A stretch of 26,349 nucleotides of DNA from Octopus sinensis (GCF_006345805.1 NW_021835605.1:1-26349), one strand, 5' to 3'; positions 1 through 10,051 are shown, counted from the stretch's first letter. Translations and numbers: made by a program. The notes: generated by a model from the letters alone, not told the origin.

Positions 1-561
1 GCGTTGACTCCTCATTTCCTTAATCCCGAACATGGAGCTTAACTACAGTCTGTCCATAGCACTTACTCAGCATTACCTGACACCTTTGGGATTTATTGAC
101 TCCATTACATCTCATAACCTTTATATATAGAGAGAGAGAGAAAGGAGGGAGACGGGAGAGAGAGAGTGTCAGTATGACACAATATATTAGACAAAGTTTA
201 ATAACTTTTATCAAATAAATCAAATTTTGCAAATTGGATGTTAAAATGGATTATCCTTTTATTTCATAATCCCATCCCAGATAATTGTTTCTGAGAAAAA
301 AAGAACCAAGATATCCATAAAGAGATTTAATGAAAAAGATTACGGAGATGTACTTGCAATGCAAGTGATTTGATCTGAGATCGTGTGCTGAAACGAAAAC
401 AACTGCAGCGTGGAAGGTGTTTGTAATCCATTTAAGATACACACAAAAGCCGTTCGATTTACTTCAACATTTAAGTTCAATTCGTCAAAGTATTTTCGTC
501 GCTATAAGACCGCGACCTGCGGTCTTATAGAAAAATTTTTTTTAATATATATATATATATA

Positions 562-676
562 TACATTATTTACATTTTATTTAGATCTTTGCGGCTGATA
601 TACCTGCCACACTTACTCAGGTGTTTTGGTGGAAATTTCAAACGTCGGCTCTCATTCCTCAGGTACTTTTCGATGT
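562..676 (-). mobile_element. Degraded, internally deleted copy of the HHR-bearing PLE pLTR-like repeat also present at 6070-6225
   Basis: Its reverse complement aligns by eye with 6070-6225 (acatcgaaaa..gaatgaga..gaaatttcc..acacctga..gtatatcagccg and aatgtaaataatgta). The ribozyme core has decayed to CTGAGTA. Confidence 0.65.
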
Positions 677-688
677 TGCCATTATGAA

Positions 689-717
689 TATTATTATTTT
701 GATTATTATTATTATTA

Positions 718-802
<85 letters not shown>

Positions 803-840
803 TTATTATTATTATTTTTATTTTATTTATTATTATTATT
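689..840. repeat. (ATT)n microsatellite
   Basis: Near-pure ATT trinucleotide array; source of the poly-I/Y/L ORFs. Confidence 0.97.
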
Positions 841-849
841 CATGTCACT

Positions 850-912
850 GCCTGGAATCGAAGTCGGAATGTTGGGGTTAGTAGCCCGCGCCATTACCCA
901 CTATGCCATATT
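850..912 (-). mobile_element. tRNA-derived SINE head, with a partial inverted copy at 921-940
   Basis: Minus strand reads tggcatagtggg (A box-like)..gcggg ctactaa cccca..gacttcgattcc (B box-like). atatggcatagtgattaa at about 922-939 is the inverted copy. Confidence 0.6.
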
Positions 913-1004
913 CCCGTTTGCATATGGCATAGTGATTAAGACACCTGATGAACGCTGGATGGTATATCACGAGTATAGTTCATGAAACTATCACTTCTAT
1001 AATT

Positions 1005-1061
1005 CATGTATATATATATGTATTCATCCATATGTATATATATCTTTATATATTTTTATAT

Positions 1062-1094
<33 letters not shown>

Positions 1095-1102
1095 TATCTA
1101 TA

Positions 1103-1133
<31 letters not shown>

Positions 1134-1155
1134 ATATATAAATAGATATATATAT

Positions 1156-1202
<47 letters not shown>

Positions 1203-1748
1203 AGATATAAAATATATATATATATAGATTATATATATATATATTATATACATATATATGCATATATATATATATGTATATATACATATATATACATTCA
1301 ATTCTGGGGGATGTCAATTTATTTACTACTATTCCTTGAAGCAAGGCGAATTATTATTTTTTTTACGTTCTTTGCCCTCAAACGTCTTTGCCAGTTCAAA
1401 AACCTTGAAGCTTTACGATAGTGTCACATTTATACTGACTGCTATTTCTAATAAACATTGGTGCCTTGTTGAACCACAACTCACTCACTCTCTCTCACTC
1501 TTTCTCTCTCTCTCCCACTCTTTCTCTCTCTGTCCCTCTCTCTCTCTCCTCTCTCTCTCCATATATATATGTATATATATATATATATATATACATACAT
1601 GCACACAGATACATGAATAGATATTTGTAAATATATCTCTACATATATGCAAACAGACATGCATAAATGGATACACACGCACACACACACAAACACGCAC
1701 ACACATACACACACATATATATATATATATATATGTGTGTATATATAT

Positions 1749-1780
<32 letters not shown>

Positions 1781-1814
1781 GTATATGTGTATACATTTAC
1801 GTACGTGTGGTTAT

Positions 1815-1851
<37 letters not shown>

Positions 1852-1900
1852 CATATATATAATGTATGTCCATATATATACCTACTGATACATCTATACA
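1005..1900. repeat. Compound (TA)n / (CT)n / (CA)n microsatellite region
   Basis: Dinucleotide arrays at about 1005-1290, 1488-1560 and 1561-1900, with short unique spacers. Confidence 0.95.
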
Positions 1901-2173
1901 TACAAATGCAGACATGTAATAGTGCGCGTGCGTGTATAGCCTTGACAATTATGATAATGACGATTATGATGATGACGTTGACGAAAGCTGCTTACATGTA
2001 TATAAAAATGTCTGACCTGATCTTTGACTAAGAGGCCTGCAGTCGTTAATGTTAAGTCAAGTGTGACTCAGTTTCAACATTCTTAACACTCACACACACA
2101 CACACACACAAACTAACACAGATAAACACGCAGGTGACTCAGACCAACAATTACTGCTATATCGTGCCTACCC

Positions 2174-2404
2174 AGATGTGGCAAGCTAGTAGAAACGTTA
2201 GTGCCCCGCGCGAAATGCTTAGCCGTATTTCGTTCGTCGCTAAGACCTGAGTTCAAATTCCACCGAGGTCAACTTTGCCTTTCATCATTTCGGGGTCGAT
2301 AAATTAAGTACCAGTGACGCACTGTGGTCGATTAATCGACGTAATCCGTTTGTCTGTCCTTGTTTGTCCCCTCTATGTTTATTCCCTTGTGGCTAATAAA
2401 GAAA
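2174..2404 (+). mobile_element. tRNA-derived SINE (octopus-type)
   Basis: B box-like gagttcaaattcc; body gaggtcaactttgcctttcat..tcggggtcgataaattaagtaccag; A-rich end. A second copy follows. Confidence 0.8.
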
Positions 2405-2409
2405 CAGAT

Positions 2410-2570
2410 ATTTCGCCCGTCGATACGTAATGAGTTCAAATTCAGCCGAGGTCGACTTTGCCTTTCATCATTTCGGGGACGATAAATTAAGTACCAGTCA
2501 AAGACTGAAGGTCGATGAGTTCGACTTGTTCCCCGCCCAAATTTCACGCCTTGTGCCTATTGTAGAACTA
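2410..2570 (+). mobile_element. 5'-truncated SINE of the same family with a different 3' end
   Basis: Repeats gagttcaaattc..gaggtcgactttgcctttcatcatttcgggg..gataaattaagtaccagt from 2174-2404. Confidence 0.75.
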
Positions 2571-2957
2571 TACATCTTGTTCAGCCTGTTCGAATTGTGC
2601 AATGCTAACATTCACTTTTACGTTTTAGTGTCGATAAAATAGAAGCAGGTTCATATCGGGGTCGAAGTAATAAACTAGCAAACTCCCACAACAACAATTT
2701 GGGACTTGTATATATGGCTTTTTTCACTTTCTCTATTCCTCACTCACTCTTTACATATATATATATATGTGTGTGTGTGTGTGTATGTATGAATGTATGT
2801 ATGTATTTATGTATGTATGTATGCATGTATAAATATATATATATATATATATATAATATATATATTAATCAATTTAGGGTAGCAAATAATTCGATAAAAA
2901 TTTATCACTACCAGCGGCCCAGTGGAAAAGAAAAATAGTCATGAGACTAAAATGTAA

Positions 2958-3392
2958 ATATATAACAATTTAGGAATGGCCTTGACAGGCCATTCGTCCA
3001 CTAGACAGAGCATCCATAACTCCAACCGCCAAGTAATGTAATTCGGAAATAGGTGAAAAATTAAAAACGTTTACCCTAATTCATCTTTTAGACGATGCAT
3101 CGTTTCTGTGTTTTTAATGATAGACCAGCTTAATTAAATTAAATTAAGCTAATTAAGCCAAAGGTTTCTTTACTGACGAAGCGTGACCTATGGTAGATTG
3201 GCTTAATTTAATTTAATTAAGCTGGTCTATCATTAAAAACGCAGAAACGATGCATCGTCTAAAAGATGAATTAGGGTAAACGTTTTTAATTTTTCACCTA
3301 TTTCCGAATTACATTACTTGGCGGTTGGAGTTATGGCTGCTCTGTCTAGTGGACGAATGGCCTGTTAAGGCCATTCCTAAATTGTTATATAT
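2958..3392. mobile_element. Palindromic (head-to-head) HHR-bearing PLE pLTR-type mini-element
   Basis: Arms 2958-3149 and 3201-3392 (192 bp, 3 mismatches) with a 51-bp spacer. The right end runs into (TA)n. Spacer plus right arm contain a full hammerhead. Confidence 0.85.
3167..3266 (+). ncRNA. Type I hammerhead ribozyme motif with long stem II
   Basis: Stem I TCTTTA/TAAAAGA (one bulge); core CTGACGA 3173-3179; stem II GCGT/ACGC plus hairpin ggtagattggcttaatt/aattaagctggtctatc; GAAA 3244-3247; palindromic stem III CGATGCATCG; GTC cleavage triplet ending 3259. Confidence 0.75.
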
Positions 3393-3450
3393 ATATATAT
3401 ATATCTATATATATAATATATATTATATATATATATATGTATAATATATG

Positions 3451-3482
<32 letters not shown>

Positions 3483-3490
3483 TATATGTA

Positions 3491-3527
<37 letters not shown>

Positions 3528-3612
3528 GTATATATATATGTATATATATTATATATATATATATATATTCATACATATATATATATACATATATATATAT
3601 AATATATGCATA

Positions 3613-3644
<32 letters not shown>

Positions 3645-3818
3645 GATATACTTATATACATATATATATATATATATATATACATATATTTATATATATA
3701 TATATATAGATATACTTATATACATATATAAATATATATATATATATATTATAGATACTTATATACATATATATATATATACATATATATATATAATATA
3801 TATATATATACATACATA

Positions 3819-3852
<34 letters not shown>

Positions 3853-3858
3853 CATATA

Positions 3859-3921
<63 letters not shown>

Positions 3922-3922
3922 C
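3393..3922. repeat. Long imperfect (TA)n microsatellite
   Basis: About 530 bp of TA with CA/GA interruptions. Confidence 0.97.
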
Positions 3923-3929
3923 GCACATA

Positions 3930-4290
3930 TTGGATTGTGGGTAAGTAGCCATCTAACCAATCACGTGCTTTTGGGTTCAGCATGGCGAGCAGGGAAGTGT
4001 CTTCTACTATATCCTCGGCCCGAATAAAGCTTTTGTGCGGATTTGGTAGATGGAAACTGAAAGAAGCCTTCGTATATTTTATGTATGTATATGATTGTGT
4101 GTCTGTGCTTGTGCCCCACTATCGCTTGACAACCGATGTTGGTGTGTTTCCGTCTCCAAAATATAGCGTCCGGCAAAAGATAGAAGATAGAATAAGTAAT
4201 AGGCTTACAAAAATTAGTCCTGGGGTCGATTTGTTCGACTGTAGGCGGACTCCAGTATGGTCGCAGTTATATGACTGAAACGAATAAAAG
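3930..4290 (+). mobile_element. Near full-length, diverged tRNA-derived CORE-type SINE
   Basis: gggttcag B box region; aagtgtcttctactata..gatttggtagatggaaactgaaagaagcc body; 3' part homologous to the minus-strand copy at 11665-12056. Confidence 0.8.
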
Positions 4291-4420
4291 AAATATATAT
4301 ATATAAATATATGTGTGCGTGTGTATATGTGTGTAAAATAAGTATGTATATATACATACATGAATATATATATGAAATATAGTTTTGTATGTATGCATGC
4401 ATATATATGTGTATGTATGC

Positions 4421-4452
<32 letters not shown>

Positions 4453-4589
4453 ATATATATATATATATTATATATATTTATATACGTGTGTGCGTATGTA
4501 TGTAATTTATGTGTATGTTTGTATATATATATATATGTGTGTGTATAGGTAATGTATGTATATATATGTATATATATATGTATGTATAA

Positions 4590-4718
4590 TTAGCTTGCAA
4601 ACCAACCATATGGTTCTAGGTTCAGTCCCACATCATGACAATTTCGACAAGTGTCTTTTGCTATAGCATCGTTTCCGACCAAAGCCTTGTGAGTGGATTT
4701 GTTAGACGGAAACCGAAA
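4590..4718 (+). mobile_element. 5' half of the same CORE-type SINE
   Basis: ggttctaggttcagtccca..caagtgtctt..gaccaaagccttgtgagtggattt..agacggaaac. Confidence 0.75.
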
Positions 4719-5046
4719 AATATATATTTAATATCTATATCTCTCTATAGATTTAAAATTTTCATTCTTTTCTCTTTAATCTTCTGTCATCTGATTTATT
4801 CTTTTATGTTCTGTGAATACTTTGTCTGGAACTTCCTGCATACACGTGGTCTCTGACGACGGAATACCCTGAGGTCTGGAGATGCTGACCCATCACCTGT
4901 GTTATCCAGACACTGAGATATTAACTACTTCTACTTCTCCATTTTTCATTCCACTCTAATTAAATATTCTAAATGACCCGAGATACTCGCCCTGTTTTGG
5001 TTTTCATTTATTTTCCTTTAATATGTATGTATGTATCTCTCTTTCT

Positions 5047-5073
5047 ATATATATATAGATATATATATGTATG

Positions 5074-5157
<84 letters not shown>

Positions 5158-5203
5158 TATATAAATTTATATGTCTGTATGTATATATGTACATATATAT
5201 ATA

Positions 5204-5245
<42 letters not shown>
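5047..5245. repeat. (TA)n microsatellite
   Basis: Long TA array. Confidence 0.95.
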
Positions 5246-5249
<4 letters not shown>

Positions 5250-5535
5250 CGTGATCACCGTGACCGACCATCAGATGTTGCTACACATCGCTGGTCACAA
5301 TGCGTTTGTATTGTTTTAGCCTTCGAACGACGCCACCCCGCTGGCTCAGCGAGCAGGCCAACAGAAGAAAGAGTGAGAGAAAGAGTGGTGAAAGGGCACA
5401 GCAGGAATCACCCCCCCCTGTCGGAGCCTCGTGGAGCTTTTAGGTGTTTTCGCTCAATAAACACACACAACGCCCGGTCTGGGAATCGAAGCCGCGTTCC
5501 TCCGACCGCGAGTCCGCTGCCCTAACCACTGCGCC
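5246..5535 (-). mobile_element. tRNA-derived SINE, second family, with (CACGGTGA)-type tail
   Basis: Minus strand starts ggcgcagtggttagggcagcggactcgcgg..ttcgattccc (tRNA-like A/B boxes). Homologous over its full length to 9622-9918. Confidence 0.85.
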
Positions 5536-5724
5536 TCCACACACGCACACACACACACACACACATATATACTTTACTTTGATACTTTGATAGGTTTCGG
5601 CCATTATTGGCCCAGGCCATGTCTAACTTAATAGCAATATATTTATATATATATATATACATATATATACACATAAGTGTGTGTGTGTGTGCCATAAGCT
5701 GTTTTCACTGTCCGTCTTGTTTAT

Positions 5725-5815
5725 AGCAGAGAACGTTTGCTCTAGGTGCCATGCAGTGGAATTGAACCCGAAATCCTGTTGTTCAGAAACGAACTGCTGA
5801 CCACACAGCCACGCC
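5725..5815 (-). mobile_element. Degraded CORE-type SINE 5' fragment
   Basis: ggtgccatgcagtggaattgaacccg..accacacagccac matches the head of 11665-12056. Confidence 0.65.
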
Positions 5816-6069
5816 TATACCTGTAACGCTTGTCTACGTGTCTGTGTGTGTGTCCATACATATATCACTATATACACGTTTATAAGAATATGTGTGTAAG
5901 TATGCATGTGTGTGCCTGTGTATATACAGATAATTCGATTGAATGTTAAGGTGTCGGACGATGTCAGGCAGAGAGATTATGACGTCACAAGAACAAAATA
6001 GATTTAAAGAGAGAGCTTGTCATTCTCTTCTCTTCTCTCACTCTCTCCCCAAACCTTTCTTCTCTCATA

Positions 6070-6225
6070 ATAATTACATCGAAAAAGACCTTAGAAATGA
6101 GAACCTAGGTTCGAAATTTCCCCACGACACCTGATGAAAGCTGGAGGGTATATCAGCCGAAGCGTTGTGTTAACAACAAACAAGATGAGGACGAATATCC
6201 GTCAAATGTAAATAATGTAAATAAG
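6070..6225 (+). mobile_element. PLE pLTR-like repeat carrying a minimal HHR
   Basis: Homologous to 562-676 (-) and 940-968 (+); contains CTGATGA..GAAG. Confidence 0.65.
6126..6171 (+). ncRNA. Degenerate minimal type I hammerhead motif
   Basis: Stem I GACAC/GTGTT; CTGATGA 6131-6137; extra A; stem II (A)GCTG/CAGC(C); GAAG in place of GAAA (probably inactivating); CG; TT. Confidence 0.55.
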
Positions 6226-6456
6226 AACTTTTATCGTTTCAAATTTTTTAATTCTTTGCTTGTTTCAGCGTATTTTTGACCACCAAAATGACCAAGATTG
6301 TATTTTTAGCTGCATTACTAAAGGCATTATGTGACTTCGGACTGTTCATTGCTTATACTGTCAATATAGTCGAGTGAAATACTTGACGTGGATCTAATGG
6401 AAATATTGACCGGTCATAATCAAGCATATTCTATTCGATAACAACTTCAAAGGGCG

Positions 6457-6457
<1 letters not shown>

Positions 6458-6512
<55 letters not shown>

Positions 6513-6652
6513 TGTGTGTGTGTGTATCTATATATATAATATATATATATATATATAATATATATGTGTGTGTGTGTATCTATATATATATATATATTAT
6601 ATATATATATATTTATATATATATATAATATATTTATATATATTATTTTATT

Positions 6653-6685
<33 letters not shown>

Positions 6686-6711
6686 ATTTATTTATATATA
6701 TATTATATATT

Positions 6712-6742
<31 letters not shown>

Positions 6743-6813
6743 ATATATATTTTTTATATTATATATATATATATATTATATTATATATATATATAAAATT
6801 TATATATATATAC

Positions 6814-6853
<40 letters not shown>
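6458..6853. repeat. Long imperfect (TA)n microsatellite
   Basis: TA array directly abutting the PLE 3' end. Confidence 0.97.
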
Positions 6854-6861
<8 letters not shown>

Positions 6862-6883
6862 ATGTTACATTACTCGGTAGTCA

Positions 6884-6946
6884 AGATAAAACTCTGAGTT
6901 TCAGATGCCAAAGTGGAAATCCACAACACCATCTCTTCGGTTATCT
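6884..6946 (-). ncRNA. Type I hammerhead motif in PLE 3' UTR/pLTR (left copy)
   Basis: Reverse complement of 9278-9340 with one substitution in stem II. Confidence 0.65.
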
Positions 6947-7138
6947 GGCTATTTGAAAACGTTATGAAAAAATACCGTTAAAAATGAAGGGAAATTACTC
7001 TGTTATAACTCTGCTTTGCCTGCGTACTTATACATCGCTCGCATTTTTCGTCATAAAAATTATATAAAAATACATAAAAATATATAAAATATATAAAATA
7101 TATAAAATCTTCTTGGGACATAACACAGAAAGCATGTT

Positions 7139-8255
7139 CTATCCGTTTTCTTCTTTAGGGGACCAAAAACGTAACAGAAATTTAGTCACATGTGGGCATG
7201 ATCCGAAAAGCTCTGTCCTTGTATTTAGACATGTGGTAGGGTCTAAGCTGCTTTTCCAGATAAGCCATCTCTCCATGTCGCATAAACCGCACCTTCCGCT
7301 GCCGTTAGTGTAGGGCTTACATCTGGCCAAAATCTTCCATTGTATGTTATAATCGACACCTTTATCTCTTAAAGACCAAATATGATTGGATAATTGTGTC
7401 GCTTTTCTTTTTGTTCCAGTGCCTAAAGCTCAAAGTGTGGTTTTTGAACCTGGCCTTGAAATTACCCTCTGTCAGGCCCACGTATTTCTTCGTCGAAACG
7501 GTGTCTTTAGTGGTTATAGAGATTACGGTAGCTTCATATATGATGGTCTTGGACATGCAAGCTCCATTTAGCGGGCACAATTCTTTATTCCTGCATGAAC
7601 AGCTGTTTTCTTCTTGTGTTTTTTGTATGTTATGATTGATTATGTTTTTAAAATTGGTAGTTGAACTAAAACTAATTTTTAAATTGTGTCTATTGAAGAG
7701 TTTTTCCTATAAGCATGGTTAACTGGAAAATGTCTATCTATCAGTGCTAGGAAATATTTACCTATATTGAAGGCCACCTCGGGTGAGTAAGGGGGCGTAA
7801 CCAGATGACCTTCCTATTTCTATTATTCCTTTTCCTTACTGTTGGGCTGGTGATAGGTGTATATTTTATTTTTTTTTTCGCTAAACCACTATCTGTTAAA
7901 GCTTTATTATAAACTGGGGCAACGCTATTGAAGATGTCCTCATTAGATGAGAGGCTAGAAAAATCCTCTTACTAATATTTTTAACTAAATTTTTTGAATA
8001 CCATAGGGGATGGCATGAACCTACATTATAATAACTTAGTCTATCATTGGGCTTCCTATAAGGCTTATAAATATTCTTATTAAGATCTAAGGAAACGTCT
8101 AAGAAATTGACAACCGTCAGGTTAGTATCTATAGTTATACTAAGTCCGAAGTGTTGCATTAACTGGATAATATCCTTCCTAAAACGATCTTGTGCTGGTC
8201 CATTTGTATTAGCTGTTAAGGCGAGGGCATCATCTTTGTAGATGGCGAAATGTAC
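7139..8255 (-). pseudogene. PLE ORF fragment: RT palm (YKDD) - thumb - Cys linker - GIY-YIG endonuclease, frameshifted
   Basis: Manual translation HFAIYKDDALALTANTNGPAQDRFRKDIIQLMQHFGLSITIDTNLTVVNFLDVSLDL..YKPYRKPND (YKDD at 8229-8240). Tracked ORFs 7896-8159, 7362-7580 and 7139-7330 are its pieces, separated by homopolymer indels. Confidence 0.92.
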
Positions 8256-9083
8256 GTTAGTAAGAGGATTTCTCGCCTCTCATCTAATGAGGACATCTTC
8301 AATAGCGTTGCCCCAGTTTATAATAAAGCTTTAAAAGATAGTGGTTTTAGCGAAAAAATAAAATATACACCTATCACCAGCCCAACAGTAAGGAAAAGGA
8401 ATAATAGAAATAGGAAGGTCATCTGGTTTACGCCCCCTTACTCACCCGAGGTGGCCTTCAATATAGGTAAATATTTCCTAGCACTGATAGATAGACATTT
8501 TCCAGTTAACCATGCTTATAGGAAACTCTTCAATAGACACAATTTAAAAATTAGTTTTAGTTCAACTACCAATTTTAAAAACATAATCAATCATAACATA
8601 CAAAAAACACAAGAAGAAAACAGCTGTTCATGCAGGAATAAAGAATTGTGCCCGCTAAATGGAGCTTGCATGTCCAAGACCATCATATATGAAGCTACCG
8701 TAATCTCTATAACCACTCAAGACACCGTTTCGACGAAGAAATACGTGGGCCTGACAGAGGGTAATTTCAAGGCCAGGTTCAATAACCACACTTTGAGCTT
8801 TAGGCACTGGAACAAAAGAAAAGCGACACAATTATCCAATCATATTTGGTCTTTAAGAGATAAAGGTGTCGATTATAACATACAATGGAAGATTTTGGCC
8901 AGATGTAAGCCCTACACTAACGGCAGCGGAAGGTGCGGTTTATGCGACATGGTGAGATGGCTTATCTGGAAAAGCAGCTTAGACCCTACCACATGTCTAA
9001 ATACAAGGACAGAGCTTTTCGGATCATGCCCACATGTGACTAAATTTCTGTTACGTTTTTGGTCCCCTAAAGAAAACGGATAG
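8250..9083 (+). CDS. Truncated PLE ORF (RT thumb, CxCx5Cx5C linker, GIY-YIG endonuclease); ATG spans the inversion junction
   Basis: CSCRNKELCPLNGAC; IIYEATV..KYVGLTEGNFKARFNNH (GIY-YIG and Arg); CGLC..CPH at the C-terminus. Open for 277 aa; expression unknown. Confidence 0.8.
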   Translation: MYVSKRISRLSSNEDIFNSVAPVYNKALKDSGFSEKIKYTPITSPTVRKRNNRNRKVIWFTPPYSPEVAFNIGKYFLALIDRHFPVNHAYRKLFNRHNLKISFSSTTNFKNIINHNIQKTQEENSCSCRNKELCPLNGACMSKTIIYEATVISITTQDTVSTKKYVGLTEGNFKARFNNHTLSFRHWNKRKATQLSNHIWSLRDKGVDYNIQWKILARCKPYTNGSGRCGLCDMVRWLIWKSSLDPTTCLNTRTELFGSCPHVTKFLLRFWSPKENG

Positions 9084-9277
9084 AACATGCTTTCTGTGTT
9101 ATGTCCCAAGAAGATTTTATATATTTTTATATATTTTTTATATATTTTATGTATTTTTATATAATTTTTATGACGAAAAATGCGAGCGATGTATAAGTAC
9201 GCAGGCAAAGCAGAGTTATAACAGAGTAATTTCCCTTCATTTTTAACGGTATTTTTTCATAATGTTTTCAAATAGCC

Positions 9278-9340
9278 AGATAACCGAAGAGATGGTGTTG
9301 TGGATTTCCACTTCGGCATCTGAAACTCAGAGTTTTATCT
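9278..9340 (+). ncRNA. Type I hammerhead motif in PLE 3' UTR/pLTR (right copy), variant core
   Basis: Stem I AGATAA/TTATCT; core CCGAAGA 9284-9290; stem II GATG..CATC; T-GAAA 9321-9325; stem III CTC-A-GAG; GTT triplet ending 9334. Confidence 0.65.
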
Positions 9341-9461
9341 TGACTACCGAGTAATGTAACATATTGTATAGATATAATTTCCTCTATTTACATAATATTG
9401 AGGTCTCTTTCTTTCTTTTGTTATCTTACCATTTTATCATATATTATATATATTTGCGCCT

Positions 9462-9519
<58 letters not shown>

Positions 9520-9570
9520 GGCATTATTATACATACATGCCAGGAGGCATTATACATACATGCCAAACGC

Positions 9571-9615
<45 letters not shown>

Positions 9616-9621
9616 AATATA

Positions 9622-9918
9622 TGGCCCAGTGGTTAGTGCAACGGACTCACGGTTGTAGAATCGCGGTTTCGTTTCCCAGGCCAAGCGTTGTGAGTGATTC
9701 TTGAGCTAAAACACCTAAAGCTCCACGAGGCTCCGGCTGAGGGTGGTGGTGATCCCTGCTGTACTCTTTCGCCACAACTTTCTCTCAGTCTTTCTTCTGT
9801 TGGCCTACTCGCTTAGCCAGCGAGGTTGCGTCATTTGAAGGCTAAAACAATACGAAACGCATTGTGACCAGCGATGTGTAGCAGCATCTGACAGCCTGGT
9901 TGGTCACGGTGACGGTGA
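9622..9918 (+). mobile_element. tRNA-derived SINE, same family as 5246-5535
   Basis: tggcccagtggttagtgcaacggactcacgg..tttcgtttccc head; cacggtgacggtga tail. Confidence 0.85.
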
Positions 9919-9924
9919 GGGTGT

Positions 9925-9946
9925 TATATATATATATGTATATATG

Positions 9947-9980
<34 letters not shown>

Positions 9981-10020
9981 TGTATGTATGCATACATACA
10001 TACATACCTACATACATACA

Positions 10021-10051
<31 letters not shown>

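Larger units (their letters stand above)
6854..9370. mobile_element. Penelope-like retroelement as a head-to-head inverted pair of 5'-truncated copies
   Basis: Arms about 6854-7975 and 8257-9370 are reverse complements. The spacer 7976-8256 extends the minus-strand copy into the RT domain. Both arms end in a 3' UTR with an HHR. Confidence 0.93.

Noticed and set aside
621-985. ORFs with poly-I, poly-Y and poly-L runs
   Set aside because: They are translations of the (ATT)n microsatellite.
4845-4925. CTGACGA (4853-4859) followed by a gtctgga/tccagac stem, as a possible HHR
   Set aside because: No GAAA, stem III or stem I partner follows; at best an unresolvable relic.
5490-5535. tRNA gene calls at the SINE heads (also 850-912 and 9622-9680)
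   Set aside because: They lack complete acceptor stems and continue into SINE bodies, so they are tRNA-derived repeats rather than tRNA genes.
1258-6956. Many YI/HT/CV-repeat ORFs (also at 9842-10436 and 25468-25774)
   Set aside because: They are translations of (TA)n, (CA)n and (TACA)n arrays and have no coding signature.
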